A DNA stretch of 63,583 bases, the filler included, from Octopus bimaculoides (taxonomy: Eukaryota), in assembly GCF_001194135.2 (NCBI RefSeq). It is 3 parts of 3 records of this genome, joined end to end, with 100 filler letters (N's around TTAATTAATTAA, not from the genome) between each part and the next. Parts side by side here need not be neighbours in the genome. Positions count along the whole stretch, not along the records: positions 57,035 to 63,583 come from NC_069000.1; 2 more parts are not named here. One strand, given 5' to 3'. Positions 59,563 through 63,583 of this stretch are shown in pieces. The position numbers and the translations under genes were made by a program. The number at the start of each line of letters is the position of its first letter. The first letter of the stretch is position 1. The notes below the pieces were generated by a model. The model made no database searches, was not told the origin of the DNA, and saw nothing but the letters and a program-made list of their open reading frames with translations.

Positions 59563-60190
59563 GTGGCTACTAACATAGCTAGGAAATTCTTAAAACTAAT
59601 AGACAACCACTTTTCACATTTACACAAACACCACAAGACCTTCAACAGAAATACTGTTAAATTTAGCTATAGCTGCCTCCCCAAACAGAGTCAACAATAC
59701 TCAATCACAATAAATATAAACACACCAAAAACACCCCCGAAAGACAATGCAACTATAGATCCCAAACCGCTGCCCTGTAAACAACAACTTTCTCGTGAAA
59801 GAACTCGTATACAAGGCCAATATCACAGTCCCCAACGGAGTAGTAAAGACCTATATCGGAATGACGGGCAACTCGTTCAAGGAAAGGTATATACAACATC
59901 TGGCGTCATTCAGAAACACACACACACACACAAAAAAACAAAAAAAGAAACACGCAACATCTCTGTCAAATGTGATCTGAACATTGAAATAAGGTGAAAT
60001 AAGCAGCCTCCAAATAGAATGGAAAATTATAGCTAAAACCCCAAAATACAAAGGACGGGGTACCAAATGTGAACTCTGTATTACTGAAAAATTAAACATT
60101 ATACAATCAACAGATAACATCCTAAACATCAGGGATGAAATCTCTCCCTGCATACACAAGTAATACTTTACATTCAAATACTTCGAAGAA
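59563..60190 (+). mobile_element. Penelope-like element remnant (GIY-YIG endonuclease), frameshifted
   Basis: [15 protein letters not shown]...[12 protein letters not shown]; LVYKANIT...[16 protein letters not shown]; IEWKII...KCELCITEK. Confidence 0.85.
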
Positions 60191-60478
60191 GAGCCACCGT
60201 CTGCTACGGTAATCCCATGAGGATAGCTCATTTCCTAAACGTGAAAATTGAACACGCATAGCACACTAACTCCACACCAGAAAGAAATATGCACCAATGA
60301 AGAACTATCTCAGTACACACGTCTAAAAAAAGCACACCAAGAACAAAAACAAAATGATGCACACAAATTGACCGTATAACAATTAACTCAAAAGACCAAT
60401 CCAAGAGAGACAAACATTGAAAAGATGCCACTCTTGAGTAACGTCATTGAGAAACAAAACAAAAGGAGATTCATTGTT

Positions 60479-61969
<1,491 letters not shown>

Positions 61970-62407
61970 TTTCACAGTCTTAATTATTCCTCCTTGTACG
62001 TTGAAAACTCTACAGAAAAAGAAACAAAGCAAAAACGATACACAAATAAATACAAAATATTATTTGTGGCATAAGACTATAGAAACTTCGGGTGAACGTG
62101 AAATAATAGCCTTTTCTTTATCGTGGAACTCGGAATAGATAAAGCTATATGAGGCCCCGCTTGCTAGATCAACTGGTTATTAAATAAAGCTCAATATTTC
62201 TCTAACCATCGGTCATCGTCTCTTTTTAACCAAATCCAGGGGCCAGCCTTCTCCACTGTAGTTTGGATATCGGTCATAGTGGTATTTACCTTACGGTCAG
62301 TTAGGCCGAACTCATCTCTTCATTTTACTGGTTACATTCACAAAATTTCAGCCATTCTACATTCCAGTCATTCACAAGAATTATTCTTCATATACACGGA
62401 TAAGAGC

Positions 62408-62838
62408 AGGCGTGGCTGTGTGGTGAGAAGCTTGCTTCCCAACCACATGGTTCCGGGTTCAGTCCCACTGCGTGGCATCTTCGGTAAATGTCTTCTGCTA
62501 TAGCCTCGGGCCGCCCAAATCCTTCTGAGTGGATTTGACAAACAGTACTCAAAGAAGAAGCAGTCGTACACCCACCCCACACACACACGTACATACATAC
62601 TCATATATATATATATATACATATGTGTGTGCATGTCACTGTGTCTGTGTTTTCCCCACCACCGTTTGACCGTTGGTGTGTTTACGTGTGCCACGTAACT
62701 TAACGGTTCACCAAAAGAAACCGATAGAATAAGTACCAAGCTTTAAAAAAAAAAACCTACTGAGGTCAAGTCATTCGACTAAAAATTCCTCAAGGCGGTG
62801 CCCCAGCATGGCCGCAGCCTAACGACTGAAACAAATAA
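62408..62838 (+). mobile_element. SINE family A, diverged
   Basis: Same head, body and tail order. Confidence 0.8.
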
Positions 62839-62848
62839 GATATGAAAT

Positions 62849-62977
62849 ATTAAGGAATAGTATAAGCGAACTAGTATAAGGAATAGTATAAGGAATAGTA
62901 TTAAGGAATAGTATTAAGGAATAGTATAAGGAATAGTATAAGGAATAGTATTAAGGAATAGTATAAGCGAACTAGTA
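62849..62977 (+). repeat. 12-13-bp tandem repeat (taaggaatagta[t])n, ~10 units
   Basis: Directly visible; two aagcgaactagta variants near the ends. Confidence 0.88.
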
Positions 62978-63313
62978 ACCTTATCTTGGTTGTTATGACA
63001 TGTCGAGAGTTTTTATTCTTCGAAACTGCTGCATTGGTCTTAGAATACTAAGCTGGCATTCTTGGAGAAGAATACCAAGATGTTGTAGTAAATATCTTGG
63101 CAAACAGAGTAGTGCAACGTTGTTCTTAGAACATAATTTTGATTTTCCTTGAGGGAAATTTCGGACTGGTGACACCGCTCAGCTTGTCGTTCGTTTATAA
63201 GTCTGCTGCATTTCTCTGTGTATAGAATTTACCGAAAAATAGACATGCATTCAAAAATGAATGTAGCAATGATTAGCTCTGGGCAATAAATAGAATGTGA
63301 AAGAACATCTTAC

Positions 63314-63371
63314 CTTGTGTAGAATGCGTTCGGAAGTGTACTTTGCCAAGTGATTCGACTTGGTTTTTATA
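63314..63371 (-). promoter_or_regulatory. Putative TATA box (63371-63364), Inr-like start (~63337) and short non-coding first exon (to 63314) of the EF-hand gene
   Basis: Minus strand reads TATAAAAA, then CACTTC ~34 nt downstream, then AAG|gtaaga donor; the first coding exon begins with an acceptor, so an upstream exon is required. Confidence 0.45.
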
Positions 63372-63439
63372 GACAAGAAAATGAACGCACCATGATTCGG
63401 TCAGAAGATCAAACAATTACGTTAAAGGATACGCCCTTC

Positions 63440-63502
<63 letters not shown>

Positions 63503-63583
63503 TTGCATAGACTCACACACACACATTTGCATAGACTCACTACATATGTGTGTGCTTATGCGTGCATATGCTCGAGTCTGGAT

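Noticed and set aside
63155-63190. Hammerhead-like fragment on the minus strand (ctgagc...ggtgtcacc-agtcc-GAAA-ttt)
   Set aside because: The core is incomplete and the 5' arm of helix II is missing; too degenerate to call.

Overview
Eukaryotic, AT-rich, repeat-dense draft-assembly DNA. The SINE/MITE repertoire and gene content suggest an octopus or other cephalopod (inference). Two identical 100-bp spacers (44 N + TTAATTAATTAA + 44 N, at 29997-30096 and 56935-57034) are synthetic joins, so the window is three blocks. (1) 1-29996 holds 14 visible coding exons of VPS51 (+); the 5' exons, one internal exon and the last exon are not seen. (2) 30097-56934 holds 11 phase-consistent exons (~2,470 codons) from the middle and C-terminal part of an apolipophorin/apoB-like large lipid transfer protein (+), including one 5,007-nt exon; it is truncated at both ends. 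(3) 57035-63583 holds a complete small gene (-) for a predicted 107-aa secreted two-EF-hand protein, next to a Penelope GIY-YIG remnant. Introns contain several tRNA-derived SINE families (some with clean TSDs), piggyBac- and hAT-type MITEs, and mariner, Gypsy and LINE remnants. The most unusual signals are minimal hammerhead-ribozyme motifs of the Penelope type: one family is carried inside a tRNA-headed SINE (4 copies, two of them forming an inverted pair), and two unrelated single motifs also occur. Other notable features are a near-perfect 250-bp intronic palindrome and a satellite that appears to derive from a SINE segment. No rRNA, genuine tRNA gene or CRISPR array is supported.
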